Counted from the stretch's first letter, positions 20,317 to 30,789 are shown. The stretch is 64,000 bases of DNA from an uncultured archaeon (GCA_964486045.1 CAZALK010000001.1:680242-744241), one strand, 5' to 3'. The notes: generated by a model from the letters alone, not told the origin. Translations and numbers: made by a program.

Positions 20317-23300
20317 TTAGATTCCTTTTCTGCATTTCCTACAAGGTTCAATGTTTTGGTTAACTAACCGTTTAAAGTATTTGGGGGTTATAGTAAACTG
20401 ATGTTGCCTCTGACATGTAATCTGTACTTTTTTAGTGTTGTTTACGTATTCAGAGAGGAGTTTATATTTCAAAAATTCGATCATCTGGACCAATTCTTTT
20501 TTAGCGGTTTGTAGTCGTTCTTTATTCGGATGGTTTTCATCTGCACAGATTTTACACCATCTTCCTTGGTATACAGCACCGGGGGTGGTGTTCCATTTGT
20601 GGTTTTTGTTACATTTTATAGTGATAGGTTTGAACCGTCCACTATACTGGGTAACAAGCTCCCCTCCCCTTTTCCTAACAAAGTGTTGAAATTTTTCAGC
20701 AAATACATCCCTATTGCATTTAGGGCACAGAATCTCAATTTTTTTAAAGTCCTTTTTTAACCAATACGGTGATTTTTCAAATTTATGTCCTTTCTGACAC
20801 CTGTATGTTATTAGGGTTTTAGCATTAACGTACTCACTAATTAAATCACAATTAAACATTTTCCCTATTTTTTGAAAAAACACTGTTGTCCCTTTCATAT
20901 TTCCCGCACATTCTGAACACCAGTTACCCATGTATACAGAATTTGGGGTGGTTGTCCACTGATGTCCTTTTTCACACATGAGAGTTACTTCTTTTCTCGC
21001 TGAGAAATAGGGTGTTATTAAAGCTCCGTCTTTCTTTTTGACATATGTTCTAAATTTTTCAGCATATTCATTTTCATGAATAATGAATTCTTTATAATCA
21101 TATCTAGGGATGTTTTTAAGAGTTTTTCCACTTATCCTTTCATATTCTTTTATAATATATTCTTGCATTTTATCGTAAGGTACAATTTCATCATCAGGAA
21201 TTTGAAGTAAAACTACATTGTTTTCTCCACATTTTTTTAATTTTAGAGCATCCTCTCTCATAATCTTTTGGAGTTCTTCATCTGTCATGCCAAAAGCTTT
21301 CTTCCGATGTTGTATTCCCTGATATTCAAATGCTAATCTTAAGTCTTTGCTATTTCCATCGAGTTCCATTTGATTACCGTTCTCATTAGTTAGCCACTCA
21401 GGATAACTTTTTGGAAAGGGTCTTTTAAAAAGCTTTTCAAAAAACCTTCTACAAATTGTCTCACTAATATATATATGACAATCCGGGCACCATGTATTAG
21501 AATAAACCACGCTATTATATGTAGTAAAAAAGTGATGTCCTTCAGCGCATTCAAGGTGTAGTTTCGACTTGGCATTTTTTAAGACTTTTGTATGACATTT
21601 CCCACCCTTTTTTTCTGCAATTTTCATTACAGTATCTATTGAAACATGTTTCTGTGTTCGGACATATTGCTGATATTCCTCTTTAGTTAAAATCCTATTT
21701 AATTGATTTCGAGTGGAGGTATCGCTTAACAAAAGCCATTCTTGTATATCGTATGCGTTATATTTCCCTGGATTCTCCAAAATTTGTGTTTTAATCACTT
21801 TATTCAAGATGTCATTATCTCTAATTTTTATTATTAGATCAGAAAAATTCAGGAGTACTTTTATCTGATCTTTAATAGAGTTAGTTTTATCATCTGTAGA
21901 AAAATTCACTAATTGTGTTTGTTTCACCTTTACAAAGTTTATAAAAGTCTTGGTTGGACGGAAATTTTTTATCCAATTACCAGATTTGTTAAATTCTGTA
22001 ATAAATTGTTTTATTAACTGATTTTCATGTATATAATGTAAAAATTCTTCAAATAGATCATACTCTTTCACATACGATTGTGAATATTGTTTGTTGAGGT
22101 AAGTAACTAACATATTTTTTTTTATATATTCATAATAATCCCAGCCCCATTTTACGTAGTTTTTAGTATGCTTTTCAAATGCATCTCCAAAAATTCCGAT
22201 TAATTGATTAATATGAAGTTTTTTCAAAATTGAAGCTATAATTTTTATATCTTTGTCAGTAAGGTCTTTTTTTCGTATTATTTGGTTCAATTGTGATTTA
22301 GACTCTTCACTTAATTCTTCTATAGATGTTAGCTTATGTCTTAATAATTCCTTCCAGTCTTTACTGACCAAGGATAGATTTTCATTTTTTCCTCTTTTTT
22401 CAGTTTCTTTAAGTTTCTTTAATTTTTGAGTTAGATGCGTGGTGAATCTTAGTTTTTCAGCAAGAATTTCATGTTTAAACCACCTAATTTTATTATTATA
22501 AAATGTTTGAAAAGCGCTCAGGTTTTTAAACATTTCTTCTTGGATATTAGTCATTTTTTCAAGCTTTTTACTTAAATTCTCAATTATTTCAATGTCGTCA
22601 TTTGTAGGGTTTGCTTTATTCAATAATTTAATTAATTTCTCGTATAACAGTCTATAGTAACGATATTTCTGAATTATATCTATCAATTCTTTTTTGTTTT
22701 CCCCTGAAATATCATCTTCATTAGCTTGTTGAATCCAATTCTCTAGTAGAACTTCCCAGTTTTCTTTTGATTTTTCAATTTCTTTTTTCACCTTCTTCTT
22801 TTGAGCTAAATTCTTTTGTTTCTCCAACCATTTTAAAAATTCTTTGGTTTCTTTTTTAGCATAAAGGGGTCTTTTACCTGTGTCCTGACGGTATTTCTGT
22901 TGTAGCTCTTTTTTCATTTCTTTGTTTTTTTGACTTTTCTGGTTGCTTTTTTGACGCTGTTGAGTAATAATCTTGCTTGTTGATGTTGGTTTTTGTGGTT
23001 GTATTTCATTTTTTAGAAGTTTATCCTTTTTTTTATTAGATTTCTCACTGGGTATTTTTTTAACAACCTTTTTATTTTCAGAAGAAATTTTTTTTTCAGA
23101 TTTTTCCGCTGGTTTTTTTGCTTGCTTTTTAATAAGCTCCGATTCCCCAAATTCCTTAGGATCGGTAATTAGTTCTAGACTTATTACTCTCTTAGGTCTC
23201 TTTTTCTGGGATGATTTTTCAGACGTCTCCTTTTTATTTACAGATTCTTCAGATTTTTTTTGACTATTAGCAGTTTTCGATTCACCAAGCTCTCCGGGAT

Positions 23301-24702
23301 CAGTTGCTAACTCAAGATGCTTTACTTTTATTTTTATTTTTTTTGAGTTTTTCGTTGTTTTTTTTGTTTTCTTTTCCGATTTTTTAGGATGGTTTTGAGG
23401 TAATTTGTAGTCATATTTTGTATTAACTATATGACTATATTCATAATGTTTATAATCCCCAAGCTCCTCGGGATCTGTGATGACCTCAAGTTGCTTGATT
23501 TTCTCCGGTTTTTTTTTGGGAGTTTTTTGTGGTTTCTTTTTTTTTGTCTTCTTCTCTTGTTTTTGAGGTTTCTTATGAGAAAAAATATAGTCGTACTTTG
23601 TTCCAACTATATGACTATATTCATAATGTTTATAATCCCCAAGCTCCTCAGGATCAGTAATTAATTCTAGCTCTTTAGCCTTAATTCGCTTTTTTTTCTG
23701 TTCTCTCTTTTGGATTTGTTCAGGAACTAGCTCAGGTTCTTGTTTGGGAGACTGTTCAGATTCTTGCTCAGATATTAATTCAGGTTCTTGTTTAGGAGTC
23801 TGTTCAGATTCTGGGGATATTTCCCCTTGCTGTTGATCATACATTTTTTCAAGCAAATCTTCAAGAGGTATTAATTCTGGGTCTGGTTGATGAGGAACAG
23901 GCTCCCCATTATCAGGATTTATGAGCTCCAGTTCTTCAAGTTCTCTTTCAGCTTCTTGTTCGGGCTCATTTTCAGATTTTACCTCAGGAGTTTGAGCAAT
24001 TTCATTTTCTGCTGTTTGATCCGATTCGATCTCACGGTCTTCCTCTGTTTCATAATCTCTTTCTGGATAAGTTGGAATGCCCATTTCCTCTAAATCTCCA
24101 AACATTTCAGTAACTTTTTGGGGATCTGCAGGAGGCATAGGTTCACCATCGGGATAAACCAATTCCGGATCTTCTTCAGATTGTTCTGAATCTTGGTCAT
24201 GTTCGCTTTCAGATTCTTCCTCAGGTTCATGGTCAGTTTCTTGATCTGGTATTTGATCAGGTTCATTGTGAATCGTAATAGTAACAGTTCCAGAATGATT
24301 TGGGTTGAGATTTCCATCAGAGTCTGATCCTAGATCATCATTAGGTTTTTCTTCGTTTGGGTTGAAGCTCTCTTCCTCTGGAATCTCATCTGATTCATCT
24401 ACATTGGGATTAAAATCATCCTCATCTGGGATTTCATCTGACTCATCTACATTTGGATTAAAATCATCCTCATCCGGGATTTCATCTGACTCATCTACAT
24501 TTGGATTAAAATCATCCTCATCCGGGATTTCATCTGACTCATCTACATTGGGGTTGAAGGAATCTTCATCTAAGGTCTCATCGGATTTATCAGAAATCTT
24601 TCCTTCCTCAGCTTCATCAGGACTATCTCCACTTTTTAAGGAGTGAATAATTTCAGGTCTATCGGGTCCAATATCGGAATCTAAAAAATCTAGATCTGTC
24701 AA
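20317..24702 (-). CDS. Large repeat-rich protein with C-terminal repeated Zn-ribbon modules and PD-(D/E)xK-type endonuclease
   Basis: Acidic then Lys-rich low-complexity N-terminus; five C-x2-(G/N/Q)H...C-x2-C modules; ELDG...LAFEYQGIQH nuclease motif. Confidence 0.8.
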   Translation of the reverse strand: MTDLDFLDSDIGPDRPEIIHSLKSGDSPDEAEEGKISDKSDETLDEDSFNPNVDESDEIPDEDDFNPNVDESDEIPDEDDFNPNVDESDEIPDEDDFNPNVDESDEIPEEESFNPNEEKPNDDLGSDSDGNLNPNHSGTVTITIHNEPDQIPDQETDHEPEEESESEHDQDSEQSEEDPELVYPDGEPMPPADPQKVTEMFGDLEEMGIPTYPERDYETEEDREIESDQTAENEIAQTPEVKSENEPEQEAERELEELELINPDNGEPVPHQPDPELIPLEDLLEKMYDQQQGEISPESEQTPKQEPELISEQESEQSPKQEPELVPEQIQKREQKKKRIKAKELELITDPEELGDYKHYEYSHIVGTKYDYIFSHKKPQKQEKKTKKKKPQKTPKKKPEKIKQLEVITDPEELGDYKHYEYSHIVNTKYDYKLPQNHPKKSEKKTKKTTKNSKKIKIKVKHLELATDPGELGESKTANSQKKSEESVNKKETSEKSSQKKRPKRVISLELITDPKEFGESELIKKQAKKPAEKSEKKISSENKKVVKKIPSEKSNKKKDKLLKNEIQPQKPTSTSKIITQQRQKSNQKSQKNKEMKKELQQKYRQDTGKRPLYAKKETKEFLKWLEKQKNLAQKKKVKKEIEKSKENWEVLLENWIQQANEDDISGENKKELIDIIQKYRYYRLLYEKLIKLLNKANPTNDDIEIIENLSKKLEKMTNIQEEMFKNLSAFQTFYNNKIRWFKHEILAEKLRFTTHLTQKLKKLKETEKRGKNENLSLVSKDWKELLRHKLTSIEELSEESKSQLNQIIRKKDLTDKDIKIIASILKKLHINQLIGIFGDAFEKHTKNYVKWGWDYYEYIKKNMLVTYLNKQYSQSYVKEYDLFEEFLHYIHENQLIKQFITEFNKSGNWIKNFRPTKTFINFVKVKQTQLVNFSTDDKTNSIKDQIKVLLNFSDLIIKIRDNDILNKVIKTQILENPGKYNAYDIQEWLLLSDTSTRNQLNRILTKEEYQQYVRTQKHVSIDTVMKIAEKKGGKCHTKVLKNAKSKLHLECAEGHHFFTTYNSVVYSNTWCPDCHIYISETICRRFFEKLFKRPFPKSYPEWLTNENGNQMELDGNSKDLRLAFEYQGIQHRKKAFGMTDEELQKIMREDALKLKKCGENNVVLLQIPDDEIVPYDKMQEYIIKEYERISGKTLKNIPRYDYKEFIIHENEYAEKFRTYVKKKDGALITPYFSARKEVTLMCEKGHQWTTTPNSVYMGNWCSECAGNMKGTTVFFQKIGKMFNCDLISEYVNAKTLITYRCQKGHKFEKSPYWLKKDFKKIEILCPKCNRDVFAEKFQHFVRKRGGELVTQYSGRFKPITIKCNKNHKWNTTPGAVYQGRWCKICADENHPNKERLQTAKKELVQMIEFLKYKLLSEYVNNTKKVQITCQRQHQFTITPKYFKRLVNQNIEPCRKCRKGI
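23415..23670 (-). repeat. Two-copy coding direct repeat (ITDPEELGDYKHYEYSHIV.TKYDY), 180-bp spacing
   Basis: actatatgactatattcataatgtttataatccccaagctcctc at about 23426 and 23606. Confidence 0.9.
24358..24570 (-). repeat. 48-bp coding tandem repeat (NPNVDESDEIPDEDDF, about 4.5 copies)
   Basis: ctcatcYgggatttcatctgactcatctacattKggattaaaatcatc repeated head-to-tail. Confidence 0.95.
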
Positions 24703-24708
24703 AATTGA

Positions 24709-26709
24709 TCACCTGAATCGATTTGAATACTTATATTCAGGCGTTTTAACAACAAAAATTTCTTGATTACTTCCATTTATAATAAGCGCATAACGAGGAT
24801 TTTGGAGAATAAGGTACTCTTGAGTTTTTAGATTATTAGTAAATAGCTTGCTATCTAAATGGCTAAGGCTGAATAGTATTTTAAGGTTTGGTAAGCTTAA
24901 AGCACAACTAAATAACCGATGGGGGGTATTATCTGAAATGAAGAATGATAATCCTTTACTCCGAAACTCTCTTATTAAATTGTTAAATATTAATTCCAAT
25001 TGCTCTCGTGAGATAAAATCATCCGCATTAGGGTTTGTCGTGATTGGTAATTCTAATATTTGGTAGGCTTCTTCAATCACTATTATGTTTTGAAGTTTAC
25101 CTGCTTCCACATCAGGAATAAGGGTTTTGACCATTTGAAAAATCGCATTAGACAATAATCTTTTAACATAAATATCACACATGGATAAATCAATAAAAAT
25201 TGTTTTTCCATTTCTCCAATCATTAAACCATTTAGGGATATTGTTAATCTGTAATAATTCTAAGGTCTTCTTCAGAATAGGATCAGAGAGAAGGGAAGGA
25301 ATCCGATTTTGTAGAGCTCTTAGAATATAGGTCTGATATTTCTTATGATATGGGTGTTCTATGAAATATTTTTTCAACCCATTAAACAAAGTCTTTAATG
25401 ATCGTGGTAAAGATCCATTTACTTTTATGAAAGCTTTCATTACAACATACAATATCTTATCAGAAGGACTTCCAAGCCCAAGAGATGATGCCAAATACGT
25501 CGCAGTTTCTTGAAGTGACTTGTTTAAATATTCTCCTTCATAAAAATAACTTAAATGTAAATCTGAAGATCCATACTTAAGAATTTTATCGGTAGTATAG
25601 AATCCCTCTTGTTTACCTTTCCCCAGGTTCAAGATTAGAATCCCAATATCAGGAGCATTATTATAAAATTGATTGCAAATATGACCTAATAGATAAGTCT
25701 TTCCTGCACCCGTTTGACCTCCAATAAAAACACTATTTGCAAAATGAGTTGTCGGCAGAGATTTGATTATCTTAGTTTCTACTCCATTAACTACAATATT
25801 ACCAATTGAGATGGAATTCTTATCACTAATAGAGGAATAATTAATATTAACGAGAGGGGGACTATATGATTTTTGTAATGGTAAATCATCTGAGAAAGTG
25901 AAGTCAACCTCATCAGGGCTAATAAATGCCGGAACTCTCTCTTCAGGTAATTTGCCATAAATATAACAATAATAAGCGCCAGTATTTTGATTTTTATCAT
26001 TAATCCAAAAGACGTTAGAACTCATTATTTTTTCCCAAGTGTTAAGACGAGTTTTTTTAATGCAAGCACGCTCTCCTATTAAATTTCTTATACCCATAGT
26101 TAAATACTCCAATTTAGCCTCAAGTTGTACCGTCTTTAACTTATTATTATCAAGCTTATTATCTTGTATAATTCTAATAAAGATCTTGAGTTTATACATT
26201 TCAAATACAGAAACCTTGTCATATTTGTGAATATGAATTGAATCATCCTTTTGCCAGAATATATAGAATTGAAATACGTTAGTGTCCCGCATTTTAAATA
26301 ATTGGATAATCTTCTTGATGATATGAAATTTATCTCCCTTTAAAAATGGAATTCGAGGGAGAACTAGTTCATAAGTGGGGAATTCTTGTTTTAAAATAAA
26401 TAGACCAATTGGTAGAGCTGAGACTTCACCCGAAAGTCCAAGGAATCTTTCTTCTAAATTCATAAGGAACGAATACCCCCTTTTTAGGGCTTTTGATTCG
26501 GTTTCAGCATACATAATAAAGATGAATGAAAAGGTCTTGTTCAGTGTGAGTTCCAAACCATATACAGTTTGGTCTAGAAAAGGATCAAAAAGCCACGACA
26601 TGTCGATTTTAGCACCGTTGTGAGTTCTAGGGTTTACGAATTCTTGCGTTTCTAATTTAGTTGGGATTTGCGTAATTTTTACTCGTGCTTGCCAAAATTT
26701 TGTTTCCAT
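24709..26709 (-). CDS. HerA/FtsK/VirB4-like (DUF87) ATPase
   Basis: Walker A GGQTGAGKT, Walker B IIVIEEA, REFRSKG arginine finger; start moved to ATG 26709 after SD GAGGGG. Confidence 0.85.
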   Translation of the reverse strand: METKFWQARVKITQIPTKLETQEFVNPRTHNGAKIDMSWLFDPFLDQTVYGLELTLNKTFSFIFIMYAETESKALKRGYSFLMNLEERFLGLSGEVSALPIGLFILKQEFPTYELVLPRIPFLKGDKFHIIKKIIQLFKMRDTNVFQFYIFWQKDDSIHIHKYDKVSVFEMYKLKIFIRIIQDNKLDNNKLKTVQLEAKLEYLTMGIRNLIGERACIKKTRLNTWEKIMSSNVFWINDKNQNTGAYYCYIYGKLPEERVPAFISPDEVDFTFSDDLPLQKSYSPPLVNINYSSISDKNSISIGNIVVNGVETKIIKSLPTTHFANSVFIGGQTGAGKTYLLGHICNQFYNNAPDIGILILNLGKGKQEGFYTTDKILKYGSSDLHLSYFYEGEYLNKSLQETATYLASSLGLGSPSDKILYVVMKAFIKVNGSLPRSLKTLFNGLKKYFIEHPYHKKYQTYILRALQNRIPSLLSDPILKKTLELLQINNIPKWFNDWRNGKTIFIDLSMCDIYVKRLLSNAIFQMVKTLIPDVEAGKLQNIIVIEEAYQILELPITTNPNADDFISREQLELIFNNLIREFRSKGLSFFISDNTPHRLFSCALSLPNLKILFSLSHLDSKLFTNNLKTQEYLILQNPRYALIINGSNQEIFVVKTPEYKYSNRFR

Positions 26710-26722
26710 CAAATTTTCCCCT

Positions 26723-27484
26723 CTATTTGTTTGTATTGTAATATGAATGTCTTTCTTTTTCAGGATTATGTCTACGGCGTGAATATCTTTTAAAATTATT
26801 TCTATTTGATAGCTTTTCTGCAGCATATATATTTTTATAGAACAAATTACCAACGAAATGAAATCCGTACTTAAACACAAAATAAAATCCTGTAACTATT
26901 AAATATATAAGGAATTCATGAAACCCTTGTAAATAAAATACAGTAACACTTATAAACGTTAATAGAATTGATAATCCAATTAATAAAATCTGATACATTG
27001 AATGATTGAAATTATTTAGAAATGTTTTGGGAATAATTAAGAAATCCGTAAATGAGGGAGCCGCAGAAAGTGAAATAGAAATCATTATAAAAATAAAAAC
27101 AAAGAAAAATACTGGTTCTACTTGGGAATATAGAAGAGTTTCAAGTAAAAAGAAAAAAAGCCAAAATAAGATATAAAGCGGAGCTAACCCTATCAGAACT
27201 GCTTGTAAAAATGAAATTCTATGTGCTTGAACCTCTACTTCTCCATAGTATCCAAGCCTTCCTTCTTCCTTAAAATCTAATTTCTTAACAAAAGTTACAT
27301 TTTCTATAGGAGAACGAGTTATTATACACATAAGATAGTGGCATAATTCATGGATGACAATTCCTGCCACTGCTAAAACCTTAATAATGTCAGAAAATGG
27401 TGGAGGCACATATTTAAAAGCTAGATAAGAAAATATCACTGAAAATATCATAAACCCGATGATATATGGTATTTCTTCAAACAT
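26723..27484 (-). CDS. Membrane zinc metallopeptidase (M50/M50B-like)
   Basis: HELCH within a TM segment, G.V, IGLAP, PS..D third-ligand motif; about 6 TM helices. Confidence 0.8.
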   Translation of the reverse strand: MFEEIPYIIGFMIFSVIFSYLAFKYVPPPFSDIIKVLAVAGIVIHELCHYLMCIITRSPIENVTFVKKLDFKEEGRLGYYGEVEVQAHRISFLQAVLIGLAPLYILFWLFFFLLETLLYSQVEPVFFFVFIFIMISISLSAAPSFTDFLIIPKTFLNNFNHSMYQILLIGLSILLTFISVTVFYLQGFHEFLIYLIVTGFYFVFKYGFHFVGNLFYKNIYAAEKLSNRNNFKRYSRRRHNPEKERHSYYNTNK

Positions 27485-28516
27485 TTCAAATCATTTTTTT
27501 GAAAATTATTATAGTTAAAAGAAAATACAACGTGAGTATATAAAGAAAAATTTAGAATTTTCTTTCTCTAAAAAAAACAAAATGACAATACAAAATTGGA
27601 ACAAAAATAATAATTATATTAAAAATTCTTTGAAAAAAAAATAAGGATTTGAGAAAATTTGATTCTAAGGGAATAATAAACTAAACTCTTAAAAGTATGG
27701 TTAGTATTTCATAATTTTATTTATATTCTGCATAATGCTGGATTATATTATTCCATAGAACTTTTAGGCATGTATAAATTTTCTTTAAAATTGCTCCTAT
27801 TTTATTCCTGATTTTATGCATGTGATATATAAATGAATTTTTAGTGTAATTCCAGTAGTTCTTATTGCTTTTATAGAGTAGTCGTAACTGTTTTAAATTT
27901 AATGAAGTTTTTGAAAAATAAATTTTTTTTTCATAAATAGAAGTCTCAAAACTTCCAATAAATTGATAAGGATCAGATTACATAAAATTAAGCCATATTT
28001 TGAGTTGTCCTTCTTAAACCTTGGATTAAACTTTGAGAATTTAAATATTTTTATTGACGATTTTTAAAAACCAGAGATATATCGCTTATTATCTTGGTAA
28101 TCCTAACCTTAATTGTCATATAAATGATGTATATTCTAAAAACCCGCGAAAGGATATTAATTCAAAAAGACTTATTGCAGAGATAATAAAAAATATTGAT
28201 AGCAGTGGTATTTATGCATTAATTTCAAGAATAAAAATGGATATAAATAGACCAATGGATGATATAATAAATCCACAATACTAGAATATCGTGAAACCAT
28301 ATTATTTTAAATTGATGTATAAACTATTTGAAACACCATCTAGCCCATAAACATAATATCGGAATAGAATATTATAATTATCCTTATTGTGAATTTACCA
28401 CGAAACACAAGAGTAGTATCCCCCGTTATATTAGATTAAATCACCCCAATGATAAGGATTTTAAAATTCAAATTTATAAATTTCAATAATCATATATTAG
28501 ATAGAGGTGAATAATT

Positions 28517-29692
28517 ATGGCTAAGAAGGGTAAGAAAGCAGAAAAAATTATTAAAGAATTTAACGAAAACATTGAATCTTTTACTGAAAATCTCACCATT
28601 CTAATGGAAAAAATTACTACCTATTTAGACACTACCAATAAATTAACTCTACTCGGTAGTCTATCGAACCACTCTCAAGAAACTCAAAACTTTCATAACG
28701 ATCTTCAAAAAAACGGTCTTGGGATCTTTCTCTGGTTTGAAAATGAATATCCAAATATATCAATGGTTTTTGATCAGTGTGGATTTTTACCCACCGTGGT
28801 AAAAATAAAGGATGTTAGGAAATGCATTGATGAGTATAACCAATTGATAAATCAAACTAACCAAAAATATAAAAATTTGATGAGATTAGAAACTCAAGAA
28901 TCACAAGAACTATTTAATAATACACATCTAGATCCTATCAAAAATCTCATTGTTAAATCTCATTTATGGCGAAAGATTGATGAAAATACAGTAATTTATA
29001 TAGATATATTCTTTAAAACTCTACCTGCTTTAACAATTTATATCGAATTGTTGTCAAAAGTAATAAGAATTGAATCAGCAAGACTTAAAGTATCAAAACG
29101 TAGAAAAGGAACAAAAAATGTATTTAAATCAACTGAACAACTGTTTAAGAGAATAAATAAGGAATTTTATAAAAAATGTCCCGAAAAAATTATAAAAGAT
29201 ATTCAAGAGCTGGGAGATTTTGGTAAAGAAATTACGGATAATTTAGATTATATTAAAGAACATAAAAGAGAAGAATTTTATAATTTGCTAGAGCTATCGA
29301 AGGATTTACACGAATTTCACATCGATTTAGTTAAATATGTATTACGTCTTTGGCACATCAATAAATATGGTAATAGGGATTATGTTAACAACTACAAAAT
29401 TAAACACCAATTTCCAAACATAAATTCAATCATTAATTTTTATATTAAACAACAGTTAATGCCCAATTTCCCAAATTTAAGCCGAATACTAATAGGGTTC
29501 TTCTTCCCCTTTGAAAAATATCGTCATATAGAATCTCATTCTGCCCCAAATTTTGAATTATCTGGTGATGAGAAATATATTTTTATTCCCCAAAAGGGAA
29601 AAAAAAGTAAGATAAAAGTAGATATAGGTGAATTTCAGACGCATATAAGAACTTATCAAAGTTTTATAGAAGCTATAGGTTTATATCGATAA
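28517..29692 (+). CDS. Helical protein with C-terminal HEPN-like motif
   Basis: YRHIESH (R-x4-H) near the C-terminus; SD GAGGTGA. Confidence 0.55.
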   Translation: MAKKGKKAEKIIKEFNENIESFTENLTILMEKITTYLDTTNKLTLLGSLSNHSQETQNFHNDLQKNGLGIFLWFENEYPNISMVFDQCGFLPTVVKIKDVRKCIDEYNQLINQTNQKYKNLMRLETQESQELFNNTHLDPIKNLIVKSHLWRKIDENTVIYIDIFFKTLPALTIYIELLSKVIRIESARLKVSKRRKGTKNVFKSTEQLFKRINKEFYKKCPEKIIKDIQELGDFGKEITDNLDYIKEHKREEFYNLLELSKDLHEFHIDLVKYVLRLWHINKYGNRDYVNNYKIKHQFPNINSIINFYIKQQLMPNFPNLSRILIGFFFPFEKYRHIESHSAPNFELSGDEKYIFIPQKGKKSKIKVDIGEFQTHIRTYQSFIEAIGLYR

Positions 29693-29694
29693 TC

Positions 29695-30237
29695 TTATGC
29701 CTTCTTTTTAATAACTAATGTGTGGTAATCTCCTTTTATATTTTCTGAAAATTCATTTGAAGTGTAGTTAAACCCTCTTATTTCACCATCTCCAGGATCA
29801 AAAAATAATAATTCAGTATCATTATATTCTACTGCTGTCCTTATATGAGCAACTTCCGCGTCTTGCCATCCAATAGGTTTGGGGTTATTCTTCTCCATTA
29901 TGGGGACTTTTATCATTTGTTTAAATGAAACTAAAACGGGTGTTTGGTTATCAATATTAGATTTAATATAGTCCACAACTTCTCTAAGTGAATGATTAAA
30001 ATCACCGATCCCTTTAAAAATAAATTCAAAATCTTTTAAAATTTTTGCTAATTCGGGACTAAGTTCTTTAAAGCCTAATGGTATGCTTCTCGTTTGACAA
30101 AAATACAACAATTTCAGTTCATCATAATTACTTTCTCCATAATATTTAAGAGCATTTTCTATGTTAACAGGTATACAACCTGCTGATGAATGCATTTGAA
30201 TTATTTTTAGATATTTTTCAAAATCGATTTTTGGCAT
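29695..30237 (-). CDS. C39-like papain-fold peptidase
   Basis: Q....GC, AH...V.Y, FFDP (Cys-His-Asp triad). Confidence 0.75.
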   Translation of the reverse strand: MPKIDFEKYLKIIQMHSSAGCIPVNIENALKYYGESNYDELKLLYFCQTRSIPLGFKELSPELAKILKDFEFIFKGIGDFNHSLREVVDYIKSNIDNQTPVLVSFKQMIKVPIMEKNNPKPIGWQDAEVAHIRTAVEYNDTELLFFDPGDGEIRGFNYTSNEFSENIKGDYHTLVIKKKA

Positions 30238-30352
30238 AAATGATTATTGGATAATTTTGTATAAAAAATTTGTCTTTTCTTTTTACTACCTGGCATTCCT
30301 CTAAACATTTTGGTTAAACTCGTTAGATTTAGATGATTCTACAATTTTTTAA

Positions 30353-30655
30353 TTATTCTGTTATTTCAAATGTTAATTTCATAGATTCCAGATATTCTTT
30401 TAACGGTTTTTTAACCTTAGGGAATTTATCACTTAAATAAATATAATCTTCTCGCTGTAAATCTACATAAGTACGTATTAAATCTTTCACAATTGCGTCT
30501 CTAATAAACTTCTTTGGTTTTATCTCAACAGTTTTGCAATAAATGTTTACAGCTTGAGCAAATTCTTGGGATAGTCGTAATGTGAATTTTGTACTAACAA
30601 TCTTCTTTCTAACAATAACTACCTTCTTAACCATATGTTTCAGTTTCAACTTCAT
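30353..30655 (-). CDS. Ribbon-helix-helix DNA-binding protein
   Basis: KFTLRLSQEF...YC......KKFIRDAI pattern. Confidence 0.65.
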   Translation of the reverse strand: MKLKLKHMVKKVVIVRKKIVSTKFTLRLSQEFAQAVNIYCKTVEIKPKKFIRDAIVKDLIRTYVDLQREDYIYLSDKFPKVKKPLKEYLESMKLTFEITE

Positions 30656-30789
30656 AATGAATTAATCCTAAACTTTTCTTTTTATTTTAAAATTCAATAG
30701 AAATCTCAATAAAACTTATTTAGGAGTCTTTCCACTATTTATTTGAAGAAAAAAATCGAGGAATTAATTATTAATAAGTGAATTAACGA

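Noticed and set aside
24358-24570. 48-bp repeats as a CRISPR array
   Set aside because: Head-to-tail with no spacers, in frame within a CDS, and no cas genes nearby.
26710-26880. Extended N-terminus of the ATPase ORF (723 aa in the track)
   Set aside because: Overlaps the peptidase gene by about 158 nt; ATG 26709 has a good SD.
27485-28516. ORF 28054-28284 and hydrophobic minus-strand fragments in the 1-kb AT-rich gap
   Set aside because: No recognisable motif and multiple stops; possibly a decayed gene, but not supportable.
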